A DNA stretch of 64,000 nt, from NCBI GenBank assembly GCA_001179505.1, contig CDMY01000408.1:1-64000 (forward strand), given 5' to 3'. Position 1 is the stretch's first letter, and each line of letters begins with the position of its first letter. Shown one piece after another: positions 1 through 11,636 of this stretch. Below the pieces are notes generated by a model. That model had not been told where the DNA came from. It worked only from the letters and a program-made list of their open reading frames with translations, and ran no database searches. The stretch comes from Vitrella brassicaformis CCMP3155. Taxonomy: Eukaryota > Protista > Chromerida. Both the position numbers and the translations under genes were made by a program.

Positions 1-127
1 CCACGTAGGACATGTAGTATGCGTCAGTCCATCCTGTCTGACGTCCTGTCCGCCATGGCCTGTCTCATGGAACGGACAAAGACTCAACAGCCGTCCTGTC
101 TCACAGATCAGTGGATCGTCGGTCTAT

Positions 128-148
128 GAACCCTAGACCCTAAACCCT
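128..148 (+). promoter_or_regulatory. Telobox-like (AAACCCT) tandem motif just upstream of the DnaJ ATG
   Basis: gaaccct-agaccct-aaaccct; similar motifs at ~13985 and ~28231. Confidence 0.45.
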
Positions 149-169
149 GGACCGACTTGCACTTCTGAC

Positions 170-1488
170 ATGTTTGTCACCGACAAGCGCCACCGCGACC
201 CGGAGGGCTACTATGCCCGCCTGGGTGTGCCCCCGACGGCCACTGAGAGGGAGATCAAGCTGGCGTACCACCGCCTGGCACTCGTGAGTGAATGCACTGA
301 TATCAATCAAGGCAGGCCACAAAAGGCTGGGGGGAAGTCTCACGCACCAGAGACGCCATGGAGCCAGACGAGTGTAGCGCTGACCCATTTGCACTGCGTG
401 GAGCTTCCCTTGACCAAAGGCAGCTCGGCTCATCCCCCTCTCCCTGTCTGTGTGCGGCTGTGTCCTGGACTCCTGGTTGCTGCAGACCCACCACCCCGAC
501 AAGCCTGGCGGGGACACGGAGGCCTTCAAGGCCATCGGAGAGGCCCACAAGGTCCTCACGGACCGTCTGGCGAGGCAGCAGTACGACCGCATGGTATGGG
601 AGAAAGCGATGCAGGCATGTGTGGGTCCCTTGCTTTTGATTGCAGGCCCGCTCGCCGCTGGATCGGGACCTGACGTTTGACGAACAGGTGAGTGAGTCTC
701 ACACGCACTGCTTCGCTCCCAAACTGACTGACTGACACATAGGTCAGTATGATCAGATTCTCACCTCTCTCTCTGTCTGTGTGTGTGGGTTCCACCTCAG
801 GAGGCCCTCATGAGAGAAACTCAGGCCAAAATTGATGCCGCCGCAGAGAGGTGCCGAGCCTTCATCAGAGAAGTGAGCAACAGAGCGCACACACATGTGC
901 AAATCCTTCCTGCGTGCCTTCCTCGAGAGAGCGAAAGTGCCTTAGTTAATTGTGTTCTGTCTGTGTCTCTCTGAATGAATACAGAAAATGGCCGAGGAGG
1001 AGAGGGAAAGGGAGGCCAAGGCCAACGGGGCCACCCACACCGCCACAGCCGCCACAGCCGCCACAGCCGCCACGGCCGCCTCGGCCTTCTGCTCCCCGTC
1101 GCAGCCGCCACCGCCCACATTCCAAGCCCCGCCGCCACACCACCACCACCACCCCCACAGCCCCCCCCAGGCGCCCCTCCCCCACCACCCACCACTCGCC
1201 CCCACCAGCCAACAGCCACACCCATACCACCAACAGCAGCCGTCGTTTGACGAGTACCCGAAGGAGGTGCCGGTTTGGGCTGCGGGCGAGGGCGAAGGGG
1301 GGTGGTATGAGTGCCCTGCCACTGGGGAGGCACTGTACTGGGTGCGGGCGGACGAGTGTTGGTGGGAGGTACATAGCGAGAGGGAAGGGGGCTGCTGGGC
1401 CGTGAGGGGCGCCATGGCCAGGTGCCAGGCAGGCTTTGCCGACACCTTGGAGCAGGCCAAGGAGTGTGTGGTGAGGAGGGCGGAGTGA
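170..1488 (+). CDS. DnaJ (J-domain) protein with Ala/Pro/His-rich linker and a possible degenerate WW-like C-terminal module; 5 exons
   Basis: Spliced: MFVTDKRHRDPEGYYARLGVPPTATEREIKLAYHRLAL|THHPDKPGGDTEAFKAIGEAHKVLTDRLARQQYDRM|ARSPLDRDLTFDEQ|EALMRETQAK...FIRE|KMAEEERE...VVRRAE*. HPD motif intact; introns GT..AG and frame-compatible. Confidence 0.9.
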
Positions 1489-2099
1489 GACGTGGGAGTG
1501 CGTGACGAGGTGGCTGCCGTGCTGGCGGGGGGAGTGAAGGTGTGAGCGTTGGCTGCTTGCTGTCCGCAGGATACACACATACAGGCAGCCTGAAATGATT
1601 GGATGGATGGATGGATGGACTTAGAAGAGAGACATCAAACTCATTTTCAGCGGTGGTGATTCAGTGGTGGTGGATCTATGTTGTACACGTCCACACACAG
1701 CAAGTCGGCAACCTTTCAGTATGATTTGTGCCGACTTGTGTGCATAGATGGGAGGTAGATGGTGAGTGTGGCTTGAATGACACCAGTGTGGACCCGCACT
1801 TGCGCCGGGGACAATAGATGGATGGCTGTGGTTGACCTTTCCCCTTCTCGCCAGGCCATGTCTCACTCATACGCACTCAAGTCGACATTGGAATAATACA
1901 CCTCTCGCGTGTCGTCAGCGATTTCATTCGATGGAAGGAGACACGCCTTTCGCTCTTTCCATCGAATGGGCTGCCCGCTCACGGAAGGCGGTGTGAAAAT
2001 GAACGCAGCTCAACGGTAACGTATGGCTGGCATTTATATGGGACATGTCTTGCTCGAATGGATGCAATGAAATACAGAATACAGCAAGCTATCCGCACT

Positions 2100-5000
2100 G
2101 CGCAGAAGGATAGGAACTCACCACCGGATATAAAATGTAGACACCGATGGGACTAACCGTCGTCGAGGTCGTGCGTGTCGTACATCTCCAGTTCCTGCTG
2201 CAGATCGGGGTACCGGTACAGCTTGTTGGGTGGGAGGCTGGGTGAGGGCGCGATGGCGGGGTCGGTGACGTTGACCATGGGTGTGGGGCTGCCGAAGACG
2301 CCTGGTGGACCATTCTGCCGAGTCAGTCGGTTCATTCTTGAACGCACACGGATGGAAATGGGGCGATTTGGTCGGTCTGTGCGATGTGATGTGCTCGCTC
2401 ACCTGTGGACGCTTGGTGAATCTGACGCTGGTGTCATGGCTGCCACGGTTGAGGTCGAGCAGCCGCCAGAAGAAGGGGTCCTCCTGGCCCTGGCGGCACA
2501 CGTGGATATCGATACCTGACGGAGCCACCCACACAGCTGGTTGGTGGGGTGGGTGAGTGGGTGAGCATAGGATACTGACTGACGTACTCGGGATGCCCTC
2601 GAATCGGCTGATGTGTGTCTTGAAGTGTCTGACCTCCTCCTTGGCGGCATCAACATTGGGACACTCAGCCCCCACCCACACCACCATCTGCACACAAGAC
2701 AACCCAACCCAACCCAACCTTGGCGCCCGTCTGATAGTACCGTACCTGATTTCCCCTGAGAATGACGAACACGAACCTGGGATCCAAGGCGTGCACTGGC
2801 TGCATCCGTGCTGACGCAGGGGAGGTTGGCCGCCAGTGGGGAGGGCCTCGTTGACGACTGCAGAGTGGCGGAACTACTGTGGACCAGATGACCTGCAGGC
2901 AGCGGCTGCGGGACGCCCTGCCGACGCTCATTCTGCTGATGCTGAGCCTCCTGCTGTGTCAGATCTGATGGGCAAGGGACGCTAACCACCGGGCTGTAGA
3001 CCGGCAGAGGGAGGCGCACAGATAGCGTCACGAATTGATCCCAAGCCACGCACCGGCGGAATGCGGCTTGGCTCCCGCGTCTCAGTCGCGGCAGCTTCCA
3101 GCTCAGGTGATTCCATAGCGTCTTGTCCGGTCCCATGAAGGCCAGCTGCAGGCATCGACACATACACACAGATGTGTCCATCTCTCCGTCTCTCTCGCTG
3201 TCTGTTGGTCTGCCAGCTCTCGGGAGGGAGGGTGGAGCTATTGGCTCGGGCGGAAGTGTGTGGGGTCTCGGTGGAGGGGGCGAGGTCGTCTTGGTCTGAG
3301 TGGAGGCGGTCTTGACCTGCCGTGGGAGGGACAACGAGCCCTTCCGTAGAATGCTCCTGCACACACAGACACAGACACAGCCGGCTTGCGTGTGCAGATG
3401 AGGGAGGGGTCGACGGGCTTTCTGTCCGCTCACTGTTTGTGGAGTGGGTTGCCTGGCAGCGGGCGGTATCGGTCTAGCCGGAAGAGTGTGTGGGCCTCGC
3501 TGCCTGGCGGGGGCCCCGTCTCCTTCGGCCCCACCCAACGCTCCTGGAAGAAGGGGATCTCCAGCATCTGCACCGGCAGACACAGAGACAGACACACATA
3601 CAAACAAATATGTACGTGCATGAGCTGCTGCGACGGAGACGGCCGGGAGAATGCGTCGGGCTGTAGGCAGTCGATCATGACGGTCCGCAAATCGTCCGGC
3701 AGGTAGATGCCCTTGTCGTGGAAGTGCATCACCGCCATCCAGTTCACGTAGTTGGTGACGCCCTGCTTGGTCGAGAAGGTCTCCACATACTGGTGAATGA
3801 CCAACCACACAGACATTCACCAAATCCCACTGTGTGTGTGTGTGTGTGTCGGTGACCTACCTTTCTCGCGTAGCATTCCAGATGGCGTCTTTCCGAAGAC
3901 AGTGAAGTGGAGGAAAGCCCCTACGATTGATGTCAACACAGCCAGACAGACAAAAACAAACGGACACACATTTATTTGTCTAAGCGCTTCTCTCTTCTTC
4001 TGCTGTGTCCGTCTTGTGTCCCATATATACCAAATGCAAATGAGTCGACTTGTTTGCCGTAGAGCTGGCCCTCCTCCCACCTCAGCACTTCCATCGGTGC
4101 GTACTCGACACCACCAACCATACCTTGTCTGCACGGCACAGAGACGACCTACAGCCCATGAATGAATGTGTCAATTAATTCGCCTGTTCCGGTTTGCCCA
4201 CTTGCTCTCAAGAACGGCTTGAGGAACACCCCACCAGTCAGCAACGCCTCAAACAACAGCAGATGGGAGGGGCACACACCACGATGCGGCAAGAGGGTGA
4301 AAATCACGATCCAATATAAAATGTAGACACCGATAGGACCAGCACTCTTCCAGCAAGGACCTGCTGCCGCTGCTGCCGCTGCTGCTTCTGGCCTGAGGGT
4401 ACCGGTCAGGCCCTTCCTGATCGTGCTGGTGGTTGCCTTGTTGGGTGCTCTGGCTGCCTCCTTGCATTGGTAGCCCCAAATGTGACGTAGCCGCGCACCC
4501 TCCGCGATGAAGACGAAAAAGTCCCATCCCTCGAAGTTGGGGTACTGCGCATAAGGATACGAACTCACCACCGGATATATTGTAGACACCGATGGGACCA
4601 ACACTTATCCAGTAAGGACCTTTCGCCCGCTGCAACGCACACACACATGCATTCATTGCCTCGTTAGTGGGTTTGCCTGTCCTCACCCTGGGCATGTGCG
4701 CCGGGCGGTGCGTAGAGGTACTGGGCTGGAAGGGCAAGGGAGGGGCGAAACAGGGGCGGCACAGATGCAGGGAATCGCTGCGCAGACGCCATGGTCAGTC
4801 GAGGCAGCGGGAACACGCCCTGGAAGCCACCCTGTCAGGAGCAGACAGGCGAGGCACACAGGCAAGATCATCACACATGGTACACGTGTGACAGTCACTT
4901 CTTCACGTACGTGAGAGGGCTGAAGTGAGGCGGCGGTCGTCCGAATGGCTCCCGAGGGCTGTGCGGCGGCCATGGTCGGCTCATGAGCCCGGCCCCCTCT

Positions 5001-5990
5001 GACGGAACAGCTCCAGGGCTGTCCTGCCCTCAAACAACAGCGACGCATAGTAGGTGTCTGCACACAGACACACAGCACTCGTGGGTTGCACATAGGGGTG
5101 TGAGAATGTACCTGGGTCTCTGCGGTCCGCGTGCAGCCGTTGCTCGAGTGCGTCAGCCGTCTGCCCATCGACGAAGTCTGCACACACATTACAGAGACAA
5201 CAGACATCATTGTGTGAAATCCGGGCGTGCTATGTTATTCATGACCGCCTACCGATGGCCTCCATCATGATGAACGTGCCCTCTAGTGCCACCACGACCC
5301 TCTTGCGCGCAACCGTGACCTCCGTCCGCCGCTGCTTCTCGGTCGTCTTCCACTGTTGCCACACTGTCTGCAGCATCACCAGCGCGCGCCCCGGCGATCC
5401 TTGACGCCATGACGCCCCTCCGGCCACGGCCAGGCCGCGGACACCCCCACATCGCCCCACGCCACCAGCCTCGGCACGACGCCCCGACCGCCGCTCCGCC
5501 CATTAATGGCCTCCATGATGCGGGCCTCCTTGCGCAGCTTGCGCGTCAGGCGGTCCACCACGGCCTGCTGGCCGCTGTCAGCCCGGAACCCGACAAACGT
5601 CACGCCACGCAGCATCACCGGGCGGCTGGTGTTGTCCTTGAGCTTGCCGCGGACGATGGTGAACCTCTCGCCAATGGAGCGGGCGTACGGATCGGGTTCG
5701 AAGCCGGAGAGGGCGGCCTTGGCTTGGGCTGACATCTCTGCAGGGGCCTCCAGGTCGTCTGTCTCGGCCACTGCAGTGTCCTCCTCGTCGCTGCCCGATC
5801 TGTTGACCTCGTCAACAACTGCGGGTCGCTTTGTGCTGCACTGCTGCTGAGGCGGTGAGGTCGGGCACAAGACGGGCATCAGAGGGGAGGAGCCGTCCGA
5901 TGCCCCGCCCTGGTCGGCTGTCACGGATGACGGGGAAGGGCTAGCAGGAGCGACAGGGGCGGCCTCACACAGCTCTGAAGGGGAAGACAT
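2100..5990 (-). pseudogene. Pseudokinase-family gene A; chimeric, probably partly decayed
   Basis: Minus-strand exons give subdomain VIb-like PHRGVCPSHLLL (HRG codons 4278-4286), VIII/IX GMVGGVEYAPMEVLRWEEGQLYGKQVDSFAFG|AFLHFTVFGKTP and XI CLQPDAFSRPSPSQQL|LEIPFFQ. ATG at 5990 (MSSPSELCEAAP). Upstream exon order is scrambled; the 3' end is uncertain. Confidence 0.65.
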
Positions 5991-6059
5991 CACAACCGAG
6001 AGATAACAATGGCCAGGCATCAAATACACGTCTCCCTCCAGGTTTGCTCACCTCTCTCG

Positions 6060-9000
6060 ACAACATCCCCTTCCTCTTCTGCAGCTTCCTCGGCTGCCTG
6101 GTCGTTTGCTGCCCTCTCCGCCGTGGATGAGCAGGCTGATCATTTTGTGGATGAGCACCGTCTTGTGGACGCGATCGGCGTACGGCACCGGGAACCTCTG
6201 GTCGAGAAACTCCGAACCCATCGCATCATTGGTCGGATAGAGAGGGACAGAATGGTTACATACGTGCAGGTGATCGTTGTTTTGGTGTGTCGGTTGCCTA
6301 CGATCCGGTGCAGGCTGATCCCAATCGGCCAGATGCGGGTGAGCAGCTCGCCAATCATGTCCACCTCCGCGTACTCGTCTGCGCCATCACACATATGTAC
6401 ACGCACACAAAGACAAGATGACACCACCCATCCACCCGTGTGACATTCCTCTCCCGCTCACCATCACTGTCACGTCAAAGCCGAAATCCCTCGCGTAGCT
6501 GCCGATGGTGAATCCGGGGAGGCTATGCAGTGAGACATCGGCAAACACATGGATGGCAGCCGCACAGAGCGCCCGCAGCGCCCTGACTGAATCAACAAAG
6601 GACACACACCAAACGCATGAATGATGACGGTCAAACTTGATGAGTGCTGTCGTCGGTGGCTGGCCTACTCATGTCTAGCTCGTAGTCCTTCTTGCTCATG
6701 AGCATGTTCCTGTTTCTGATCCATGGTCGGGCGAATGCCTTCTCCAGCAGGCCGAATGCAATTCTGTCCATCCTCTTCAGGCGCTGCTTGACCCGCTGGT
6801 CAATGTGTGGGCGGCAGGACTGATGGCTGCGCAGGACGTCGGGCAGAACGGCTCGATGAGAGCAGCTGCTGTGACCTTTGCCCCGCCGCAAAGCCCCGCA
6901 GCCAGTCCTCTGATGCACCTTGTCAAGCTTGGCTTCCATCGCTTCCTTCGCCTCTGAAAAAATCAAGAGACACATGTCTCAGAAATTTCATCACTCCATC
7001 TCCCCGGACTTGCCTGCCACCGACGAAAAAGCTGTCGCCCTTCGGCTGGAAAATGACTGCACACTCACGATCCAATATAAAATGCAGGCACCGATTAACA
7101 CCTTTCCCTCATCCAGCCAGGGAAACGCCTGCCACACACACACTTGTGCATGTGTGTCTCGCTTTCTTCTTAAAGTGTGTCTGCCTCGTATATGTAATGG
7201 GCTTCTATCTGCTTACTTGGCTGTCGAAGCGCGATACTGGTGAGACCCAGCCGAAGCGGCTGCTGGCGCCACCGCACGGTCCTGCGTATCGATGTCCTGG
7301 ACGGGCTGGAAGAAGGGATTGCCCGGCAGTGGACACGGCGAGGGGGTGCGCACACGCAAGATGTCGTATGCCTCGCTGCCTGGTGAAGGGCCCGTGTGCT
7401 CGACGCCCAGAAAGTGCTTCTGGAAGAATGGGTCGTTGATGAGCTGGCAGCATGGCCATGGACAGACACACCGAGAGAGAGAGACAAATACATACATACG
7501 GATGAATGCATGAGCTGCCTGCCTGCCTGCCTGCCTGCCAGCCAGTCGATTGATGGAAGTGTGTGCCGTACGTACGTACGTACCAACGGTGGTCGGGACC
7601 TCGAGGAGGGGTCGCGATCGAGGCACACCATCATGATGGCTCGGAGGTACTCGGAGACGTGGACGCCCTTGTCCTTCTCGTGGAGGTTGATGTTGTCCTG
7701 GACGAAGGCGCCGATGCGCACCTCGCTCGAGAACACATGCAGAAACGCCTGAGCAGACACACAGACACACAGACAGACAGACTTCCACTCCCCACACCAC
7801 ACCACACACNNNNNNNNNNNNNNNNNNNNNNNNNNNNNNNNNNNNNNNNNNNNNNNNNNNNNNNNNNNNNNNNNNNNNNNNNNNNNNNNNNNNNNNNNNN
7901 NNNNNNNNNNNNNNNNNNNNNNNNNNNNNNNNNNNNNNNNNNNNNNNNNNNNNNNNNNNNNNNNNNNNNNNNNNNNNNNNNNNNNNNNNNNNNNNNNNNN
8001 NNNNNNNNNNNNNNNNNNNNNNNNNNNNNNNNNNNNNNNNNNNNNNNNNNNNNNNNNNNNNNNNNNNNNNNNNNNNNNNNNNNNNNNNNNNNNNNNNNNN
8101 NNNNNNNNNCCCCCCCCCTCTCTCTCTCTCTCTCTCCCTCCCTCTCTCTCTCACTTTGGGTGTGTTGGTACCTCTTTGCCCAGAGCTGCATATGGTGTGA
8201 TGCCGAAAACAAGACGGAACACCAGGACTCCTGCCATGAGCAGACAGACAGACAGACAGACAGACAGAAATGAAGAGAGATAAGATTCACTTGTGCATGT
8301 GCGTTTCTCCTTAATCAAAGTGTGTCGGCATCGTACGTACCGAATGCGAATATGTCGACCTTTTGGCTATACGGCTGCCCCCGCTTCATGCGCAGGACCT
8401 CCGGCGGCGAGTACTCGACATTGCCCATCCTACCTATCCTGCACAACACACAAGACTGAATGAATGAACGAATGTGTCGATCGATCGAGGGGCGGGCCCC
8501 TGCCCACCCACCAGTCTCCTGAGCGGATGTAGTGTCGAAAGCCGCTCAGGGACGGCATCAGGAAGCACCCCGCACGCAACGACGCCTCAAACAACAGCAG
8601 ATGGTCCAGGGACACGCCACGGTGAACACCGCCGCTGCAGCCATGGACGGACACACAATGGACACAGACAGACAGACAGACAGACAAGCCGTCCCGTGAG
8701 TCAGCACAGCACATTTGTCTATCTGTCTGTCTGTCTGCTGGGCGACCCGACCCCCAGTGTGTGAGTGAATGGATAGATCAGTGAGTGAGCTGCTCGGTGA
8801 CTGACTGACTGACCGACCGACCGATTGTGGACCCTCTCCAAGGCTCGGAGCATGGCGCCGCAGAGCCACCCGATGGTGCTTTCGCTCGTATGGACGATCC
8901 CCTTGCTGCATGCATCAGCAACAAGACATACATACATACATCGACCGACCGACCGACCAGTGAGTTCCGTATGGCTAACCTACTGAGAAACTATACGGCG

Positions 9001-9590
9001 TCATTCCTGGCCATGGGAAATGCGATGCAGACGTGGTGGCCGGTGATGACGGCGGCGCCTGCGGGAACCACGTACGGGCTAGTCATGGCAACCATGCCCT
9101 GGAACGTGGCCGAGCGAAATATCTGCACAGGGACAAGCAAACGAACAAGATGCACTCACTCACGACTAGACTAGACACACACACACCCAGATAAGTGCAT
9201 TCGTTCATGCCACCTTGTGTGTGTACTGTACCTCGATGCGACCGACTTGGTCATCTTTGTGAGTGGTGTAGATTTTGACGGCGCGCTCCCACTTCCCCGC
9301 CGTACTGATACCCACCAGGACCACGTTGTCGCCGCCTCCCAGGAACATCGGTGCACACACAGGTGAGTGCGGATCCATCTGATATGATACCAAGGGGAAA
9401 GAATCCATTCCTGCCCTTGCATCAATTGCCTTCCTTCTTCCCCCAGGCAGCCAAGGCAAATACGTACCGGGAAGATGAATTCCTGGTGGACGGCTCCCCA
9501 CTCACACATGGGCGGCGTCTGGCTCATCAGCCGCTGCCGACGGAGGGCTGCGGGGGGCTGAGCCACTCGGCAGCCAATGACATCTGAACG
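6060..9590 (-). CDS. Pseudokinase-family gene B (protein-kinase fold lacking HRD and DFG aspartates) with C-terminal extension; spans a gap
   Basis: Exons: MFLGGGDNVVLVGISTAGKWERAVKIY (I/II); HVCIAFPMARND (V); WLCGAMLRALERVHNR|GGVHRGVSLDHLLL...PSLSGFR (VIa/VIb/VII); GRMGNVEYSPPEVLRMKRGQPYSQKVDIFAFG|VLVFRLVFGITPY (VIII/IX); CLDRDPSSRSRPPL|..LINDPFFQ (XI). Ends approximate. Confidence 0.8.
7810..8109. other. Assembly gap (300 N); others at 29155-29454, 32188-32487, 47622-47921 and 55568-55867
   Basis: Runs of exactly 300 N, three of them abutting poly-C tracts. Confidence 1.
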
Positions 9591-9672
9591 TTTGTATTGG
9601 CAGACACACACACAAAGGCATCGCATCAATCAACACGCCTTTGTGTGCGACTTAATAGCTCGACTTCCGTAC

Positions 9673-9820
9673 CATGATGCGATCATAGGCCGCACCGGTG
9701 GATATCTTGAGTGCCATCTCCCCCTCCTCGCGGTGGACGGCCGAGACCACCACACTCTCACCGCTCTCTCCACCGCCCAGTATGATGGGAGCAAAGCCAC
9801 GCAGCTTCGGGTCCAGCTGA
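9673..9820 (-). other. Extra kinase N-lobe exon (Gly-rich loop plus ALK lysine), paralogous to gene B's N-lobe exon
   Basis: ctcag|LDPKLRGFAPIILGGGESGESVVVSAVHREEGEMALKISTGAAYDRIM|gtacgg aligns with gene B MDPHSPVCAPMFLGGGDNVVLVGISTAGKWERAVKIY. Confidence 0.7.
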
Positions 9821-9867
9821 GAGCAAGAGATCCATCCACACAACGTATGTATGTATGCATTCAATGC

Positions 9868-9993
9868 CGCCCCCCCCAGCCAACTCCCCACCCATACCAG
9901 CAACAGCAGGGCCCGGCGTTTGATGACGAGTACCCCAAGGAGGTGCCCGTCTTGGCTGCGGGCGAGGCACTGTACTGGGTGCGGGTGGACGAG
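9868..9993 (+). pseudogene. Orphan duplicated fragment of the DnaJ gene's last exon
   Basis: PHPYQQQQGPAFDDEYPKEVPVLAAGEALYWVRVDE vs PHPYHQQQPSFDEYPKEVPVWAAGE[GEGGWYECPATGE]ALYWVRADE at ~1200-1356; clear DNA-level similarity. Confidence 0.85.
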
Positions 9994-10123
9994 AGAATGG
10001 GTGGACCCCTACTCATTACACACACATCCCTCTCTGCAACGCACACACACATGCATTCATTGATTGCATTCATTGCCTCGTTAGTGGGTTTGTGATGTGT
10101 GTTGTGTGGAGGAGTACGCACCT

Positions 10124-11620
10124 TCACGCAGCGGTGTGGGGCGATGCGATCTTCTCAATCACGGCAGCCAGGGACTCCCTCTCCGACACGTTGGGATTGC
10201 ACAGCCCCCGTAGCAAAACCAACGCCATGCCCAGGTCCTCCCCCGCCCCGCCCCTCTGCTCTCCCTGTCCCTCATGTTGCTGGTGTCTGGCCCGCGCGGC
10301 CTCTATATGCCAGACGAGGACGTCGAAGCGACGTCTGGCGCGCTCGGGGTCGGTGACCTCGTCTTGGGCGGCCTCGAGACTCTCGTTGTCGACGCGCACG
10401 CCGTCCAGCACTGCCCCGAATCCCCCGAAGGAGCTGCCCATGTGTGGGGCTGCCAGCATGACGGCGCATGCTAGGCCGACCGAGTACGCGTCCTGTGTTG
10501 GGGTGGGATGGAGCGCGAACGACAAAGGCTCGGCCGACTCTTGGCCGCCGCCGCTGCTGCTGCCGCTTCTGGCCTGGGGCTGGGTGTGGGTGTTGGAGAA
10601 GAGGTGCTTGTCCCGAGTGTCTTCCAGCTCCCAAGCGGCGATGACGGCACTGGCGACCTCTCGCTGCGCCTCAGGAGGCGTCCAGGGCTCCAAAGAGGGG
10701 CAACATGGGCAGGTCAGCGACGCGCGAGGCCGTCACTGGGCGACGTGAGGCGGTCATGTGGCTGGTGAACTCGAAATCGATGGCCGTCACGTCGAAGCGC
10801 GCCACATCCCCCTCCACCAGACGCCGGGAGACGAGGAAACGGGTTGGCGTCTCCGTGGATGTATCCACACTCTTGCAGGCGGTGAAGGGTCTTGAGGGCA
10901 GCGATGGCGACCTGCTGGAAGTGGCGCCCCTCGCATGGCCAGCACCTCGAGCGTGCGCTTGATGCGCTGCAGCCGCGCGTCGGTGTCGACGTCCTCGTTG
11001 GCGCGGACCTTGTAGAGGTCGAGCACCCTCCTTGTTCACCAGCGTCGTGTCGGGACAGCCCTACACAAGCACAACAAACAGGTCAACGACTGTTCTGCCT
11101 TCCTGCCTGCCTGACTATGCAGGCATATCCCTTTTTCTCACTTACCGCCCACTTGACGACATACGTGTTGCCTTCCCTCTCACACAGGACGAGTCTGACC
11201 TCCTGCAGTCACGACAAAAATGCCATCAAGATGGATGCCTCGTCGAATCTCGATCTCGTAGTCAGCCTGCCCCTCGGGTCACGCTTGATGCGCTCGGTCA
11301 TGCTCTGTGTCAGCCTGCAGCTCGTACGCAGGCGCCGCCTCTGGTCACACACATACAGATCATCAGCCGCTTGTATGTGTCGTGGGCCTTCGTACCTTAT
11401 CGAAGAACTTGTCGTATCTAGCAGGCTCGCCGAGCAGCTCCGCCATGCTATGCGGTGGTGGGCGCTGAGCACATAGACACGCCAACATACACAGTCACTC
11501 TCCGTCCGTGTCTCGCGTTTTGTGTGTGATGCCCACCTGCAACAGCGTGTGCAAGCTGTGGCTGATCAGATTTCCTCCTCTCCAGCTGGTCCACAGATAG
11601 CGGCCGGCCGGCCGGACGGC
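10124..11620 (-). pseudogene. Degenerate uncharacterised gene; coding-like segments need frame changes
   Basis: Coding-like runs VLDLYKVRANEDVDTDARLQRIKRTLEVL, FLVSRRLVEGDVARFDVTAIDFEF and the 189-aa ORF 10124-10693 lie in different frames with no obvious introns between them. No family recognised. Confidence 0.4.
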
Positions 11621-11636
11621 CGGCCGGCCTGGCTGT

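Noticed and set aside
611-645. Possible 31-nt GC-AG intron in DnaJ
   Set aside because: A canonical GT donor at 594 gives an in-frame 52-nt intron.
7213-8290. Long ORFs crossing N runs (also near 29.2, 32.2, 47.6 and 55.6 kb)
   Set aside because: Artefacts of 300-N placeholders; adjacent poly-C tracts suggest sequencing dropout.
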